DNA of 61,828 bases, filler included, from Chthonomonadaceae bacterium (GCA_035650735.1; 4 parts of 4 records of this genome joined end to end with filler, not necessarily neighbours in it), one strand, 5' to 3'. Shown: positions 28,821 to 40,177, numbered from the whole stretch's first letter. Translations and numbers: made by a program. The notes: a model not told the origin generated them from the letters alone.

Positions 28821-31800
28821 TTATTTGCCGTTCTTACCGTTGGATTGCGCTTTGGCCTGGGCGGCGGCGTTGGCCTTCTCCTCGACCTCTTCGGTGCTGA
28901 CCAGCCGCTCCATGGTGGCCACCTTATCGCCCTCATCCAGGTTGATCAGCTTGACGCCCTGCGTGCTGCGCCCTGCGACCCGGATGTCGGCGATATTCAT
29001 GCGGATAGCCACCCCGCTTTCGGTCAGCACGATCAGCTTATCGTTGGGCTCGACGACGGCTGCATCCACAATCGGGCCGGTCTTGGTGGTCACATTCATC
29101 GTAATCAGGCCCTTGCCGCCCCGCGATTGGGCCCGGTAGTGGGCTAAGTCGGTGCGCTTGCCGTAGCCGTTCTCGCTGGCGACAAGAAGTTGGCTGGTGG
29201 GGCTGACCACATCCATCGCCACGACCTTATCCTGGAGTTGGCGTGTCTTGGGGTCGCGCAGCTCGATGCTGCGCACGCCGCCGGCCGAGTAGCCCCGCTC
29301 CGGCACGTCCTCTTCCTTAAAGCGAATGGACATGCCGTTGCGCGTCACCAGGATCACCTCCTGCTTGCCGTCGGTGTGCTTGACCCACTTGAGGTTGTCG
29401 CCCTCCTCGATGTCAAAGCACTTCTTGCCGTTGACGCGCAGGTTGGCGAACTCGGAGAGCGGGGTGCGCTTGACCTCGCCGTGCTCGGTGGCCAGCAGCA
29501 GGTAGCCCTCGGCGCTCAGGTCCTTGATGGGCAGGATGGCCGTGATCTTGTCTCCCGGCTCGACCTGGATGAAGTTATTGATGTGCTGGCCGCGCGCCTG
29601 GCGGGAGGTCTGGGGCACCTCGTAGGCTTTGAGCTTGTAGACGCGGCCCCGGTCGGTAAAGAACAAGATATAATGGGTCGTGGTCGCCACAAAGAGGTGG
29701 GCCAGCGAGTCCTCCTCTTTGAGGTTGGCCGCCTGTACGCCGCGCCCGCCGCGCTTCTGCGTGCGGTAGGTATCCATCGGCACGCGCTTGATATAGCCGT
29801 CGCGGGAGATGGTGACCAGGGTCTCCTCTTCGGGAACGAGGTCGTCTTCGGTGATCTCGTCGGCCTCGGTGGGCAGAATGCGCGTGCGCCGGTCGTCGCC
29901 GTACTTGTCGCGGAGGGCGCGCAGCTCGTCCTTGAGTATCTTGACCAGCCGGGCCGGGTTGACCAGAATGTCCTCGAAGTGGGCGATCTGCTTGAGCAGG
30001 CCCTTGTATTCGTCCTCGATGCGCTGGCGCTCCAGTTGGGCGAGGGAGCGCAGCTGCATACTCAAGATGGCCTCCGCCTGAATCTGGGTCAGGCCGAACC
30101 GCTCCACCATCTGCGTGCGGGCCGCGTCGCTGCTGGAGGCGTTGCGGATGAGCGCGATAATCTCGTCCAGGAAGTTGAGGGCGATCTGCAACCCTTCCAG
30201 GCGGTGCGCGGCGGCTTTGGCGCGGGCCAGCTCGTAGCGGGTGCGCCGGACGACGACCTCTTTGCGGTGCGCCAGGTACAGGTGGATGACCTGCTGGAGA
30301 TTGAGCAGACGCGGCTGTCCGTTGACCAGGGCCAGCATGATGATGCCGAAGGTCTGGCGCAGCGCCGTATGCTTGAGCAGGAAGTTGACGATACGCTTGG
30401 GCAGGACGTCGCGGCGCAGCTCGATGACAATGCGCATCCCGTGCCGGTCGCTATAATCCTGGACATCGGTGATGCCCTCGACCTTCTTGAGCCGGGCCAA
30501 TTCCCCAATATGCTTGATGAGATTGGCCTTGTTGACCTGGTAGGGCAGTTCGGTGACGACGATGGCGTTCTTGCCGCCGTCCATCGGCTCGATCTGCAAC
30601 TGCGCCTGCATGATCACGCGCCCGCGCCCGGTGCGATAGGCTTCCTTGGCGCCCTTCGTGCCCAGAATTAACCCGGCGGTCGGGAAGTCGGGGCCGGGGA
30701 TGAAGCGCATGAGGTCATCCGGGGTGGCGTCCGGGTGGTCGAGGGCGTAGATGCAGGCGTCCACGACTTCGCGCAGGTTATGCGGGGGGACGCTGGTGCT
30801 CATGCCGACGGCGATGCCTTCGCCGCCGTTGCAGAGGAAGTTAGGAAACTTGCCCGGCAGAACGGTCGGCTGTTGCCTGGACTGGTCGTAGTTGGGCATC
30901 CAGTCTACGGCGTCCTTGTCCAGGTCCTCCATCATCTCCATCGCCAGCGGCGTCAGACGACACTCGGTATTGTGGTTGACGAAGCCGTTAGCGACGAACG
31001 AGTGGCATTCGCTGTCCACGCGCACGGAGTAGACGCGCTGCATTCCCGCGTCCTCGATGTGGACGACAGGATCGAACAGATAGCGCCCCTGCGCGAAGGA
31101 GGCTGCGTGCGCATAATCGGCGGGGGTCAGCGCCTGTTCCAGGCGCGGCAGCGCCTTCGCCAGTCGCGCAGGCCGGTCTATGTTGTGCTTGGACAGCCAT
31201 TCCCGGTGTCCGCGCCAGGCGTTGGCGCGCACAAAATCGGCCAAAAACGGCACGAAGTCCGTCTTTGAGAGCGCCCGTCCGGAGTGGTTTGCCAGCAGTT
31301 CGACCAGCGCCGCGCGCTTGATTGCCGAGACAAAGCCGATCTTGGCCTCAAATCGCCGCAGGTTCTCCTGGCCGACGATGCCCAGGCGGTACGTGCCGCG
31401 CACCCGTTCCTCGCCCAGCGCCGACACGATGCCGAAGCGCAATAGTACCGTCTGCACCTGCCGCAGCAGCGCCCGGTTCTTGGCGCACAGCCCGACGCGT
31501 AGCAGGCTGCGCCCCGACCGCTCCGCCGCGCCGTCGCCCTCATAGAGGCCGCGCAGGAACGCCGCGACGACAGCCTGCGGCGACCGCAAAACCACTTCGG
31601 GGATCAGGCGCGTCGCCGCGCGGCCTGTCAATCCCAGGTTATTCAGGAAGGCGATCACCTGACGGCTGACGACCTGCATCTGCCAGAACGGCTTTTTGCC
31701 ATAGCGGGCAGGCTCGCGCAGGAAGGTATGCAGGCAGCACGTCGGGAAGACACGCGCCCAGGCGGCTTGAAATGCCTCCGCGAAATCGCCGGGCGTATTG

Positions 31801-32687
31801 GTGAACTCAATGACGCTACTGCGGACGGTGCCTTCTGCAACCAGCGCGCCCAGCAGGAAAGCCAGGTCTTCCGTCAGTTCCGTCGGCAGGGGATGCCGCT
31901 CCTGCCGCGAGTCGGCGGGCAGATCGGGATGGAAGGGCCGCAGGTCTACCGGGCGCTCCGGCCAGAGCGCTTCGCTGCGATCCAGTACCAGGTAGTCGCC
32001 CGGCTGAAGATCGGCAATCGTCTTCCAGACAAGCTGCACGCGCTTGTCCTGGCCGGGAACGCAGATGAGCAGAGGATGGTTGGTCGTTCCGGTGACCTCA
32101 TAGCCGCGCCGCGTGCGGATGCGCCGGGTAGGAAACGCGCCGCAGTCGAACCATTTGCTGGCGGTGTTCACCTGGCCCTGTAGGGAGAGCACCTGCTCCT
32201 GAATATCTTCCTCACCTTCGGAAAGCCGATCCATGCGCTGTAAGCCATCTTTAGTGACAATAAGGCTGTCACCAGTGACACAATAGCGCATAGCGGCAGG
32301 TGGATCGCCATCCACGCTGCCAAAATTGCCCTGTGGGTCAATCAGCGGGTAGCGCATACTGAAGTCTTGCGCCATGCGGACGAGGGTGCCATAGAGGGCG
32401 AGGTCGCCATGGGGGTGGTAGTTGCCCATCGTCTCACCGACAACTTTGGCGGATTTGACGCGGGCGGAGCCAGGCCCGACGCCGAGCTCGCGCATGGCAT
32501 AGAGGATGCGCCGCTGTACGGGCTTAAAGCCGTCGCGCACATCCGGCAGGGCGCGCGAGACCAACGTGGAGACGGCATAGCCGAGGTAAGAGCGGCGCAG
32601 TTCCTGCTCGATGTCTACGAGCATCAGGCCGCCTTCTCCGTTTTCGTTGCCGTCGTTCGGGCCGTTGGGAAGGGTGTCGTTTGCCAA
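28821..32687 (-). CDS. gyrA: DNA gyrase subunit A (intein-containing)
   Basis: '[16 protein letters not shown]', 'YHPHGD', 'AAMRY|TE', GyrA box 'QKRGGRG', beta-pinwheel repeats; TTG start after GAGGAG. Confidence 0.97.
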   Translation of the reverse strand: MANDTLPNGPNDGNENGEGGLMLVDIEQELRRSYLGYAVSTLVSRALPDVRDGFKPVQRRILYAMRELGVGPGSARVKSAKVVGETMGNYHPHGDLALYGTLVRMAQDFSMRYPLIDPQGNFGSVDGDPPAAMRYCVTGDSLIVTKDGLQRMDRLSEGEEDIQEQVLSLQGQVNTASKWFDCGAFPTRRIRTRRGYEVTGTTNHPLLICVPGQDKRVQLVWKTIADLQPGDYLVLDRSEALWPERPVDLRPFHPDLPADSRQERHPLPTELTEDLAFLLGALVAEGTVRSSVIEFTNTPGDFAEAFQAAWARVFPTCCLHTFLREPARYGKKPFWQMQVVSRQVIAFLNNLGLTGRAATRLIPEVVLRSPQAVVAAFLRGLYEGDGAAERSGRSLLRVGLCAKNRALLRQVQTVLLRFGIVSALGEERVRGTYRLGIVGQENLRRFEAKIGFVSAIKRAALVELLANHSGRALSKTDFVPFLADFVRANAWRGHREWLSKHNIDRPARLAKALPRLEQALTPADYAHAASFAQGRYLFDPVVHIEDAGMQRVYSVRVDSECHSFVANGFVNHNTECRLTPLAMEMMEDLDKDAVDWMPNYDQSRQQPTVLPGKFPNFLCNGGEGIAVGMSTSVPPHNLREVVDACIYALDHPDATPDDLMRFIPGPDFPTAGLILGTKGAKEAYRTGRGRVIMQAQLQIEPMDGGKNAIVVTELPYQVNKANLIKHIGELARLKKVEGITDVQDYSDRHGMRIVIELRRDVLPKRIVNFLLKHTALRQTFGIIMLALVNGQPRLLNLQQVIHLYLAHRKEVVVRRTRYELARAKAAAHRLEGLQIALNFLDEIIALIRNASSSDAARTQMVERFGLTQIQAEAILSMQLRSLAQLERQRIEDEYKGLLKQIAHFEDILVNPARLVKILKDELRALRDKYGDDRRTRILPTEADEITEDDLVPEEETLVTISRDGYIKRVPMDTYRTQKRGGRGVQAANLKEEDSLAHLFVATTTHYILFFTDRGRVYKLKAYEVPQTSRQARGQHINNFIQVEPGDKITAILPIKDLSAEGYLLLATEHGEVKRTPLSEFANLRVNGKKCFDIEEGDNLKWVKHTDGKQEVILVTRNGMSIRFKEEDVPERGYSAGGVRSIELRDPKTRQLQDKVVAMDVVSPTSQLLVASENGYGKRTDLAHYRAQSRGGKGLITMNVTTKTGPIVDAAVVEPNDKLIVLTESGVAIRMNIADIRVAGRSTQGVKLINLDEGDKVATMERLVSTEEVEEKANAAAQAKAQSNGKNGK
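30969..32282 (-). mobile_element. 438-aa intein with LAGLIDADG homing endonuclease
   Basis: Starts CVTGDS, block B 'TTNHPL', DOD helices 'LLGALVAEG' and '[10 protein letters not shown]', ends '[10 protein letters not shown]' before Thr. Confidence 0.95.
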
Positions 32688-32780
32688 CGTTCTCTCCTCA
32701 AAAATCACGCACAGGCCGACGCCGCTGCGGTCATCCGACCTGCAATCAGGGACTCATATCCTATCTCATTTATGCTCTCT

Positions 32781-32809
32781 ATTATACCATTTATGTACAA
32801 ATTTGTCAA
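32781..32809 (-). promoter_or_regulatory. Consensus sigma70 promoter of gyrA
   Basis: TTGACA-17 bp-TATAAT with TG extension. Confidence 0.85.
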
Positions 32810-33009
32810 CTGGTGATACCTCTTCGCAATGCTTAACACGAAGAGCCGCCGGCCTTTTTTGCGGACGAGGACTTTTTCCCTGCGCGGGCCGCGCCGAAGA
32901 GAGAAACTGCCGGCTAAAAGCAAAGCGGCCCCTACGGGAACGTCTCCCATAGGGGCTTTGCATGGGGATGTGGAGGAACGAACAGGCGGCTCGCTCCTGT
33001 GCGCCGCGA

Positions 33010-33903
33010 TCACCAGTTCAGCGTGGGCGGGAAATACTCAGCGATCAGGTCTTCGTAGTAAGGGCGCAGCGCCGCCACGTCCGGGCGCTGGTGGCTCTTG
33101 GAATAGAGGTCGTAAGGGTTGAAGGCGCGCACCCAGGCGAACATCTCCTTATCGTGGTCGTTCATCAGATGGGTGTACTCCCCCTCCTTGTGGCAGGGAT
33201 AGAAGGAGTGATACCGGATCATGTAGAGGGCTTCTTCGGGCAGATAATCTTTCACGACCTGGTAGAGATACTCGTCGTGTCCCCAGGAGAGATGGACGTT
33301 ATCCAGGCCGCAGCCTTCCGTGTAGATGCCGCAGCGGGTCTGGTATGCCTGCGCCTGGCTGTCGGGATTATCCGCGAAATACTCCGGGAAAACGATCTTG
33401 TCGGAGAAGGCGCACCCGACCGGGAACGTATCGCCGACGACCGCCCACTGCGGCTCGCCGAAGAGGCAGAGAATCTTGCCCAGGTCGTGGATCAAGCCGG
33501 CTAGGATAAACCAGCGGGGATGCCCGTCCCGGCGAATGGACTCCGCCGTCTGCAACAGATGCTCGATCTGCGACAGGTCCGTATCGGGGTCGCTGTCGTC
33601 CACCAGCGTGTTGAGATATTCCATCGCCTCCCAGATGCCCATCTGCCGCTTGTTTTTGGGCAGGTACTCGCGTTTCTTCTGGAGCACGAAGTCTAGCGTC
33701 TGGTAGCGGTGGTTGAGCCGATAGAACTCGCGGACGCTGCTGCGTGCCTCGGCCTCATAGTTGCGAAACTGCTCTTTGGGCTTGTTGGGATCGATAAACT
33801 GGCTGTGGTCTGGCTCCGGGTAGCGCCGCTTCAAGTCCTCCTCCCATTCGTCGAGGTCTTTCAGGGGCGCGTTCTCATCCGTCAAACAGGTCTGCTCTGC
33901 CAT
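33010..33903 (-). CDS. myo-inositol oxygenase family protein
   Basis: 'DDSDPD', 'HLLQTAE', 'HDLGK', '[13 protein letters not shown]', 'SWGHDEY', 'RYHSFYP', 'DLYSKS'. Confidence 0.95.
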   Translation of the reverse strand: MAEQTCLTDENAPLKDLDEWEEDLKRRYPEPDHSQFIDPNKPKEQFRNYEAEARSSVREFYRLNHRYQTLDFVLQKKREYLPKNKRQMGIWEAMEYLNTLVDDSDPDTDLSQIEHLLQTAESIRRDGHPRWFILAGLIHDLGKILCLFGEPQWAVVGDTFPVGCAFSDKIVFPEYFADNPDSQAQAYQTRCGIYTEGCGLDNVHLSWGHDEYLYQVVKDYLPEEALYMIRYHSFYPCHKEGEYTHLMNDHDKEMFAWVRAFNPYDLYSKSHQRPDVAALRPYYEDLIAEYFPPTLNW

Positions 33904-33980
33904 GGTCTGCTTCCTCCGTCCATATCTTACCCCAACGTTCGCTCCTCGAGGCAGGAACTCCTGCTGCTTATTTTCGTCGG

Positions 33981-36149
33981 TTAGCGTAGGAAGGCTTCGG
34001 GCAGGCCCGCATCTACGGCGAGTATCTGGCCGGTTGTCAGGCCCAGGCGGCGGGAAGCCAGCAGGAAGATGGCTTCGGCCACGTCTGGCGGCGTGACCTT
34101 CCGCTTGAGCAGCGTGCGCTCGGCATAGAAGCTGGAGAGTTTGTCCCGCAGCGCCTCCGTCGTCTCGCTCCCGTCAAAGGGAAGGTTGTACTTGGCCAGC
34201 GAGGACATCACGCGCTCGCGCGGAAATTGCAGCGACCCCTCCACCACGCTGGCCGGAGCGACGCCGTTGACGCGCACGCGCGGGGCGAACTCGACCGCCA
34301 GTTCGCGTATCAGGTGGTTCAGGGCGGCCTTGCCGGTATCGTAAGCCCAGCTTCCTTTTTTGGCGACGACGGCGTTGGCGCTGCTGATAAGGACGATGCT
34401 CCCCTCCGTTCCCTGCGCGGCCATCACCTTCTGCGCCTCGTCGGCGGCGAGCATGGAGGCCAGCAGGTTCACGTCGAAGGTCTTGCGCCACTGTTCCTCG
34501 GTGATGCGCCCGGTCTGCGGGTCGGGCGGGAAGAAGGTCGCGGCCACCTGCACAAGAATATCCAGGCCGCCATAGCGCATCACGACCGCATCCAGCATCC
34601 GGCGCACCGCTTCGCGGTCGGTGCTGTCCACCGTCTCCGCCGCCACGACCTCCTTGCCGAACGCTTTTTGCAGGGATTCCGCCGCCTGCTGGGCCAGCTC
34701 GGCATGGATGTCGGCGACGACCACATGCGCGCCCTCCCGCGCCAATCGTTCCGCCACCGCCTGCCCGATGCCCGGACTGGCCCCGATGACGACCGCCACC
34801 TTCCGGCTCAACTCCTTCTCCGGCGACAGGCGCTTGAGCTTGGCCTCTTCCAATTGCCAGTACTCGATGTTGAATGCTTCCTCTGGCGGCAGGGCGACAT
34901 AGTTATCTACCACACGGTCGGCAGGAAGGCCGGGCTGGGCGGGCAGGTCGTCGAGGGCCGTCGCGCCCTCTATGACGTGAATGGCGTTGACGTAGAACTC
35001 GCCGGTGATGCGCGCCTCCGGCTTGCTGCGCCCGAAGCTGAACATGCCGACGCCGGGCACCAGCACGACGGTCGGGTTGGGCGAGCGCATGGCGGGCGAA
35101 TCGGGCCGTTTGTGCGCTTCATAGTAGCGGGCGTAGTCCTCACGGTAGGCGGCCATGCCCTGCCTTATCGCCGCGATCAGGCTCGCCGCATCGCCCTGAG
35201 CCGGGTTCCAATCCACAAAGAGCGGGCGGACTTTCGTGCGGACGAAATGGTCGGGACAGCTCGTGCCCTGCCAGGCCAGCGCCTTCGCCCGCGCGCTGTT
35301 GACGAAGCGCAGGACGGTTTCGCCGTCGTCGAAATGGCCGAGCACGCCGCCGATCTCTCCGCGCAGCACGGGCATAATCTCACGAGCCACGGCCCTGCGG
35401 TCCGGTCGAGTCTCCACCGCCGCGCCGCCGAACAGCTTCTCGCCCTTCCTCTCTACGCGCTTTAAGACATACTGCCCGATGCCGTCAATGACGCGCAGCG
35501 TGTTGCGATACGACTCGCGCGCCGTATCGCCCCAGGTGAACAGCCCGTGCGAACCAAGGAGGATGCCGTCGGCGTCCGGGTTTTCCCGAACGGCGCGCTC
35601 CAGCCAGAGGCCCAATTCAAAGCCGGGCCGCTTCCAGGGCAGCCAGATCAGCTTCAGGCCCGTCTCCTCCCGCAGCCGATCCAATTGCGCCGGGCCGTTG
35701 GCGCAGGCGGCCAACGCGATAGCCCAGTCCGGGTGCAGGTGGTCTACGTGGCGGAAGGGCAGGAAGCCGTGCAGCGGCGTATCTATGGAGGCCGCGCGGG
35801 GATTGTTGCCGAAGGTGCAGAGCGGATACATCTCCGCCATCGCGTCCTCGTGCTCCGCGCCCCGGTAGCGCCGCTTCAGGGCGTTGAGGCGATCCAGATA
35901 GAGCGTGGCGAACCCGTCACGCTGAATCGTGCCCAGGTCGCCGCCGCTGCCCTTGACCCACAGGACTTCCACCGTCTCGCCGGTCACGGGATCTTCTGCC
36001 TGCACCTTTGCGGAGGTGTTGCCGCCGCCGAAGTTGGTCAGGCGCAGGTCGCGGCCCAGCAGGTTAGAGCGGTAGCGCAGCAATTCCGGTTCGTCCATCC
36101 CTGCCGTTTCGGCCTCGTTCCATAAGTCTTCTAGGTAACGCAACTGCAT
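33981..36149 (-). CDS. rhaEW: Bifunctional rhamnulose-1-phosphate aldolase / short-chain dehydrogenase
   Basis: '[10 protein letters not shown]', 'WVKGSGGDL', 'SIDTPLH', 'PDHFVRTK', '[10 protein letters not shown]', plus an SDR domain. Confidence 0.92.
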   Translation of the reverse strand: MQLRYLEDLWNEAETAGMDEPELLRYRSNLLGRDLRLTNFGGGNTSAKVQAEDPVTGETVEVLWVKGSGGDLGTIQRDGFATLYLDRLNALKRRYRGAEHEDAMAEMYPLCTFGNNPRAASIDTPLHGFLPFRHVDHLHPDWAIALAACANGPAQLDRLREETGLKLIWLPWKRPGFELGLWLERAVRENPDADGILLGSHGLFTWGDTARESYRNTLRVIDGIGQYVLKRVERKGEKLFGGAAVETRPDRRAVAREIMPVLRGEIGGVLGHFDDGETVLRFVNSARAKALAWQGTSCPDHFVRTKVRPLFVDWNPAQGDAASLIAAIRQGMAAYREDYARYYEAHKRPDSPAMRSPNPTVVLVPGVGMFSFGRSKPEARITGEFYVNAIHVIEGATALDDLPAQPGLPADRVVDNYVALPPEEAFNIEYWQLEEAKLKRLSPEKELSRKVAVVIGASPGIGQAVAERLAREGAHVVVADIHAELAQQAAESLQKAFGKEVVAAETVDSTDREAVRRMLDAVVMRYGGLDILVQVAATFFPPDPQTGRITEEQWRKTFDVNLLASMLAADEAQKVMAAQGTEGSIVLISSANAVVAKKGSWAYDTGKAALNHLIRELAVEFAPRVRVNGVAPASVVEGSLQFPRERVMSSLAKYNLPFDGSETTEALRDKLSSFYAERTLLKRKVTPPDVAEAIFLLASRRLGLTTGQILAVDAGLPEAFLR

Positions 36150-36360
36150 CTGTTCTTCCTCGTTTGTTTTTCCTCACCTAATCATGATCCGGGCGATGCA
36201 AATACGCGCCGAACCCTGGCAGGAATTCTTCGGCTGACCTGCGAATCCCTTCTGCACTCGGGGGTTTGCAGGCTCCTGTTTTACGGGCGGCTCAAGACGC
36301 AGCAACAAGAGCACTAAGTCGCCCTGCGGCGACTCCATCCTCCCCTCTCCCGCAGCGTGG

Positions 36361-36502
36361 ATCGCTAGGCGAGGGGTGTCGCCAGGCGGAGGGGTGTCGC
36401 AAGGCAAAGCCGTGTCGCAAGGTGTCGCAAGGCGGAGGCAAGGGCCGTAACCTTGCCGACCCTAGCAGTGGCCCGAACCATGGCAGCCCCGACCCTTGCA
36501 GT
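36361..36502 (+). repeat. Nested hairpin unit array inside a REP palindrome
   Basis: Five TCGCNAGG left ends and two CCGACCCTNGCAGT right ends replace GAG in the REP arm. Confidence 0.8.
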
Positions 36503-36535
36503 AGGGGGCAGGGGGTGAGGGCTTTCGGAACAGAC

Positions 36536-36581
36536 GCAAAAACGCCCCCGCAGCTCGGAAAGTTCCGGGTTGGGGGGCGTT
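36536..36581 (-). terminator. Intrinsic terminator-like hairpin
   Basis: AACGCCCCC...GGGGGCGTT followed by a T-run on the minus strand. Confidence 0.55.
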
Positions 36582-36838
36582 GCTCTCGCGCGACCCGCCT
36601 ACCGCCGAGTCTCCTCGACGCAGCGGGTGAGCGAGTCGCCAGAGGCGATAATATCCAACTCGCTCACCTCCTTTCGTCAGCGCCACGCAGGCGCGTAATC
36701 ACTTCCCTTATCGCTGCGGTGCGCCGTCTTGCTAAAGGAGGGAACGTTGTCATAGCAAAATGGCGCTCCCGGCGATAGACAAGGAGAATAATCTATGTCT
36801 GCCTGGCATGGGAAGCCTGAACACGAAGGAAGCACACC

Positions 36839-37876
36839 ATGACTCCGTCATTTCGCGTAGGCGTCACCCGTGACCTTCTCAAGCATGCTGGCACGCCGGG
36901 TTCCGATGACATCGGCTTGAATTTGCTTTCCGAGGCCGCCGGGGTACAATGGGAGTTCCTGGCCGAAGAGACGTCAGAACTCCGCGCCGACCAGGTGCGG
37001 GACTACGATGCGCTGCTGGTGCTGGCGTCGAGCGTGACGGCGGCCACCCTGGAAGGGGCCGATCGGCTGGCAATCATAGCGCGCTTCGGGGTAGGCTACG
37101 ACCGGGTAGACGTGGAGGCGTGTACCCAGAACGGGGTGCTGCTCACCATCACCCCCGATGGCGTCCGGCGTCCTCTCGCCGTTGCGGCCCTGACTCTCGT
37201 GCTGGCGCTCAGCCACAAGTTGCTAATCAAGGATCGCCTGACCCGTGCCGGACGCTGGGCGGAGAAAGTGAGCTATATGGGCATGGGACTGACCGGGCGC
37301 ACGCTCGGCGTGATCGGCCTGGGCAACATCGGGCGAGAACTGTTGGTGCTGGCGCGGCCATTCAGTATGCGCCACCTGATTTATGATCCTTACGTGACGC
37401 CGGAGCAAGCCCAAACGGAGGGCGCGGAACAGGTGAACCTGGAGACTCTGCTGCGTACCGCCGACTTCGTCTGTCTCTGCTGCCCACTGAACGCAGAGAC
37501 GTATCATCTTATGAACGCGGAGCGGATCGCGCTCATGAAGCCGACCGCGTATCTGATCAACATTGCGCGCGGCCCTATCGTAGATCAGGCGGCGCTTACA
37601 ACGGCGCTGCGCGAAGGGCGTATTCAGGGTGCGGGTCTAGATGTGTTCGAGCAGGAGCCTGTAGACCCTGACGATCCCCTCCTGGCCCTGGAGAACGTTA
37701 TCGTCGCGCCGCACGCCATAGGCTGGACGGACGAGTGCTTCCGGGGCAACGGGCGGAGCGCGTGCCAGAGCATTTTAGAGGTCGCGGCGGGACGCCTCCC
37801 ACGGTATGTGGTGAATCGCGACGTCCTTTCTCATCCACGGCTGCTGGAGAGACTGCGCCAGTACAGCCAACGCTAA
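36839..37876 (+). CDS. D-2-hydroxyacid dehydrogenase (PGDH-like)
   Basis: 'RFGVGYD', 'GLGNIG', 'NIARG', 'LDVFEQEP', 'APH'. Confidence 0.92.
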   Translation: MTPSFRVGVTRDLLKHAGTPGSDDIGLNLLSEAAGVQWEFLAEETSELRADQVRDYDALLVLASSVTAATLEGADRLAIIARFGVGYDRVDVEACTQNGVLLTITPDGVRRPLAVAALTLVLALSHKLLIKDRLTRAGRWAEKVSYMGMGLTGRTLGVIGLGNIGRELLVLARPFSMRHLIYDPYVTPEQAQTEGAEQVNLETLLRTADFVCLCCPLNAETYHLMNAERIALMKPTAYLINIARGPIVDQAALTTALREGRIQGAGLDVFEQEPVDPDDPLLALENVIVAPHAIGWTDECFRGNGRSACQSILEVAAGRLPRYVVNRDVLSHPRLLERLRQYSQR

Positions 37877-37885
37877 GGAGATACG

Positions 37886-38671
37886 ATGCGAGAGAACAAG
37901 GTCAAACGCGCCCTTGCCGCCGGGGGCGTCGCGCTCGGCACGATGGTGTTCGAATTCAACACGACGGGCATGGCACGCCTGGTGGCCGGGGCCGGCGCCG
38001 ATTTTATGATCTTTGACATGGAGCACACGGGCTGGAGCATCGAGACGGTGCGCGCGATGATGGCGACGTCGGGCGGCGTGGATGCCGTGCCGATGGCGCG
38101 GGTGCCCGCAACGCAGTATCACTTCCTGGCGCGCGTGCTGGATGTCGGCGCGATGGGCCTGATGGTGCCGATGGTCGAGAGCGAGGAGCAGGCGCGGCTT
38201 ATCGTGCAGTGCGCCAAATATCCGCCCCAGGGACGGCGTGGAACCGCCTTCGGCGTGGCGCACGACGATTACACGGACGGCGACATCGTCGCCAAGATGC
38301 AGAGCGCCAACGCGGAGCAGTTGCTCATCGCGCAGATCGAGACGGCGCAGGGCGTCGAGAATGTGGAGAGCATTGCGGCGGTGGAGGGCATTGACGTGCT
38401 CTGGATCGGCCACTTCGACCTGACCGCCTCCCTGGGCATTCCAGGACAGTTCCAGCACCCGGCCTACCGACGAGCCAGCGAGCGCGTCCTGGACGCCGCC
38501 CGACGGCACGGGAAGGCGGCGGGGTTTATGGCGTCCAGCGTTGAGGAGGGGCGCGCGCTACTGGCAGAGGGCTTTCGCTGCCTGGCCTACGGGCGAGACA
38601 GTTCCCTGTACCAGCAAGCGTTGCGGGAGGGCATCAGCGCGCTCCGCGCGCGCGCCTCGACGCCCGGTTAA
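37886..38671 (+). CDS. HpcH/HpaI aldolase
   Basis: 'DMEH', 'LDVGA.G.MVPMV', 'YPPQGRRG', 'QIET', 'IGHFDL'. Confidence 0.92.
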   Translation: MRENKVKRALAAGGVALGTMVFEFNTTGMARLVAGAGADFMIFDMEHTGWSIETVRAMMATSGGVDAVPMARVPATQYHFLARVLDVGAMGLMVPMVESEEQARLIVQCAKYPPQGRRGTAFGVAHDDYTDGDIVAKMQSANAEQLLIAQIETAQGVENVESIAAVEGIDVLWIGHFDLTASLGIPGQFQHPAYRRASERVLDAARRHGKAAGFMASSVEEGRALLAEGFRCLAYGRDSSLYQQALREGISALRARASTPG

Positions 38672-38779
38672 CCGCCTGGCGAGAAGGTTTTGCCGGGAAC
38701 CATAGCCCGATGGGGTAACCGAGGGAGCCGTTTTTGGAGATCGGTTGCCCTTTCGAAACGTTAAATCAGGAGAGTAATA

Positions 38780-39910
38780 ATGATCGAAGGGCCGCGCGCT
38801 GTTCGTAAGGAAGAGTTCGAGACGCTGCGTCCTCTGACCGACGTGGTGTTTCGCCCCGACATGATGGACGAGTATCCTCAGCTTTTCAACGAGGACAACC
38901 TGGAGAACTTGCGGGTGTGCGTAGACGAGGGGCGCTGCGTCAGTCACGTAGGCATGACGGAGCGAACGGCATCGCTGTTTGGCTGCCAGGTCAAGACGTG
39001 TTGCATTGGCGCAGTCTCTACCTTGCCGGAGTATCGGAAGCAGGGATTGGCGTCGGCGTGCTTTGACGACGCGGCGAACAAGGCGTTCCACGACGGCGTG
39101 GATTTCATGATTGTGTCTGGGGATCGCAATCTCTATCGGATGCGCGGCTGTCTGCGCGTCGGGAGCGATACCCGCTATACGCTGATAGCGGACGCGCTGC
39201 CGACGCTGGAAGCGGCAGGTGGGCGGAGTGTCACGGTGGAGCTTATGACGGAGGCGGAACTGCCGAGGGTGATGGACTGCTACCGCTACGAGCCCGTCCG
39301 GTTCGTGCGTCCGCTGGACGATTACGGCTACGCGCTGAAGTGCGGTCGGGTTATGAACCGGCCCGCCGAGTTCCTGGTGATCCGCGCGCAGGGAGATTTT
39401 CGGGGCTATGTGATCGTCCAGACGCCGGGCGAGAGCAGCAGGGCGGGGATCGTGGAGTTCGCGGGCGACCGCCATGCGATTCTGGCCGCGCTGCCGGAAA
39501 TCTTCCGGCGATATCGTGTCGCGGAGTTAGGATGGCAGGTGTCGCGGCATGACCATCTCTTCCGCGCCCTCTGCGCCGAGTCCGGGCTACAGGGGCAGCA
39601 GACGACGACGGCAGGCACCTACAAGCTCATCAACTTTCCGCAACTGATGGAGCGGATGCGCCCGCGCTGGGAAGAGTTGCTGGGCTGGCGAGAGGCCGCC
39701 AAACTCAGCTTCCGACAAGATACGGATGAATATGGCTTCTGCTATGGTGAAGAGGAGTTTGTGACGGATCGCGATACGGCGACGCGACTGGTGTTCGGCA
39801 CGGTGGAGCGCGCGGAGGAACAGGCGTTGGCGGAGGCCGGGAAGGTGGCGGAGGTGCTGAAGGCGATCTTGCCGCTGCCGACGCTGTGGTACGGGCTTAA
39901 CTACGTCTGA
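38780..39910 (+). CDS. Eis-like GNAT acetyltransferase
   Basis: 'IGAVSTLPEYRKQGLAS', 'SGDRNLY'. Confidence 0.85.
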   Translation: MIEGPRAVRKEEFETLRPLTDVVFRPDMMDEYPQLFNEDNLENLRVCVDEGRCVSHVGMTERTASLFGCQVKTCCIGAVSTLPEYRKQGLASACFDDAANKAFHDGVDFMIVSGDRNLYRMRGCLRVGSDTRYTLIADALPTLEAAGGRSVTVELMTEAELPRVMDCYRYEPVRFVRPLDDYGYALKCGRVMNRPAEFLVIRAQGDFRGYVIVQTPGESSRAGIVEFAGDRHAILAALPEIFRRYRVAELGWQVSRHDHLFRALCAESGLQGQQTTTAGTYKLINFPQLMERMRPRWEELLGWREAAKLSFRQDTDEYGFCYGEEEFVTDRDTATRLVFGTVERAEEQALAEAGKVAEVLKAILPLPTLWYGLNYV

Positions 39911-40177
39911 GGCTTACAGTTGCCTTTCAATTATGGAGATTGGACGGCGTTTGGGCAAAAAGCTGGGATTTTGCCAAAACCTCCGTTCAGGCTATTTGCC
40001 CGACGGAGGTTTTGGTCTTTCTGGGATCTCACACCTAACCATAGGAGCAGGCAGACTGCCTGCCCATACGACCGATGCGCCTGCGGTCTGGCCTGTTGTA
40101 TGCTAAGAGTACGGCAAAACTCTACGCTGCTATAGGGACGGCTGCCGTGAAATGTGTTGCAGGGAAGGAGAGAGAAG

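Noticed and set aside
29190..30671. Long antisense ORFs (493 aa here, also 34227-35465, 11922-13100 and 17383-18462)
   Set aside because: Shadows of high-GC3 genes on the opposite strand; no recognisable motifs
36361..36502. Nested repeats as a CRISPR array
   Set aside because: No constant repeat or unique spacer periodicity, and no cas genes in the window
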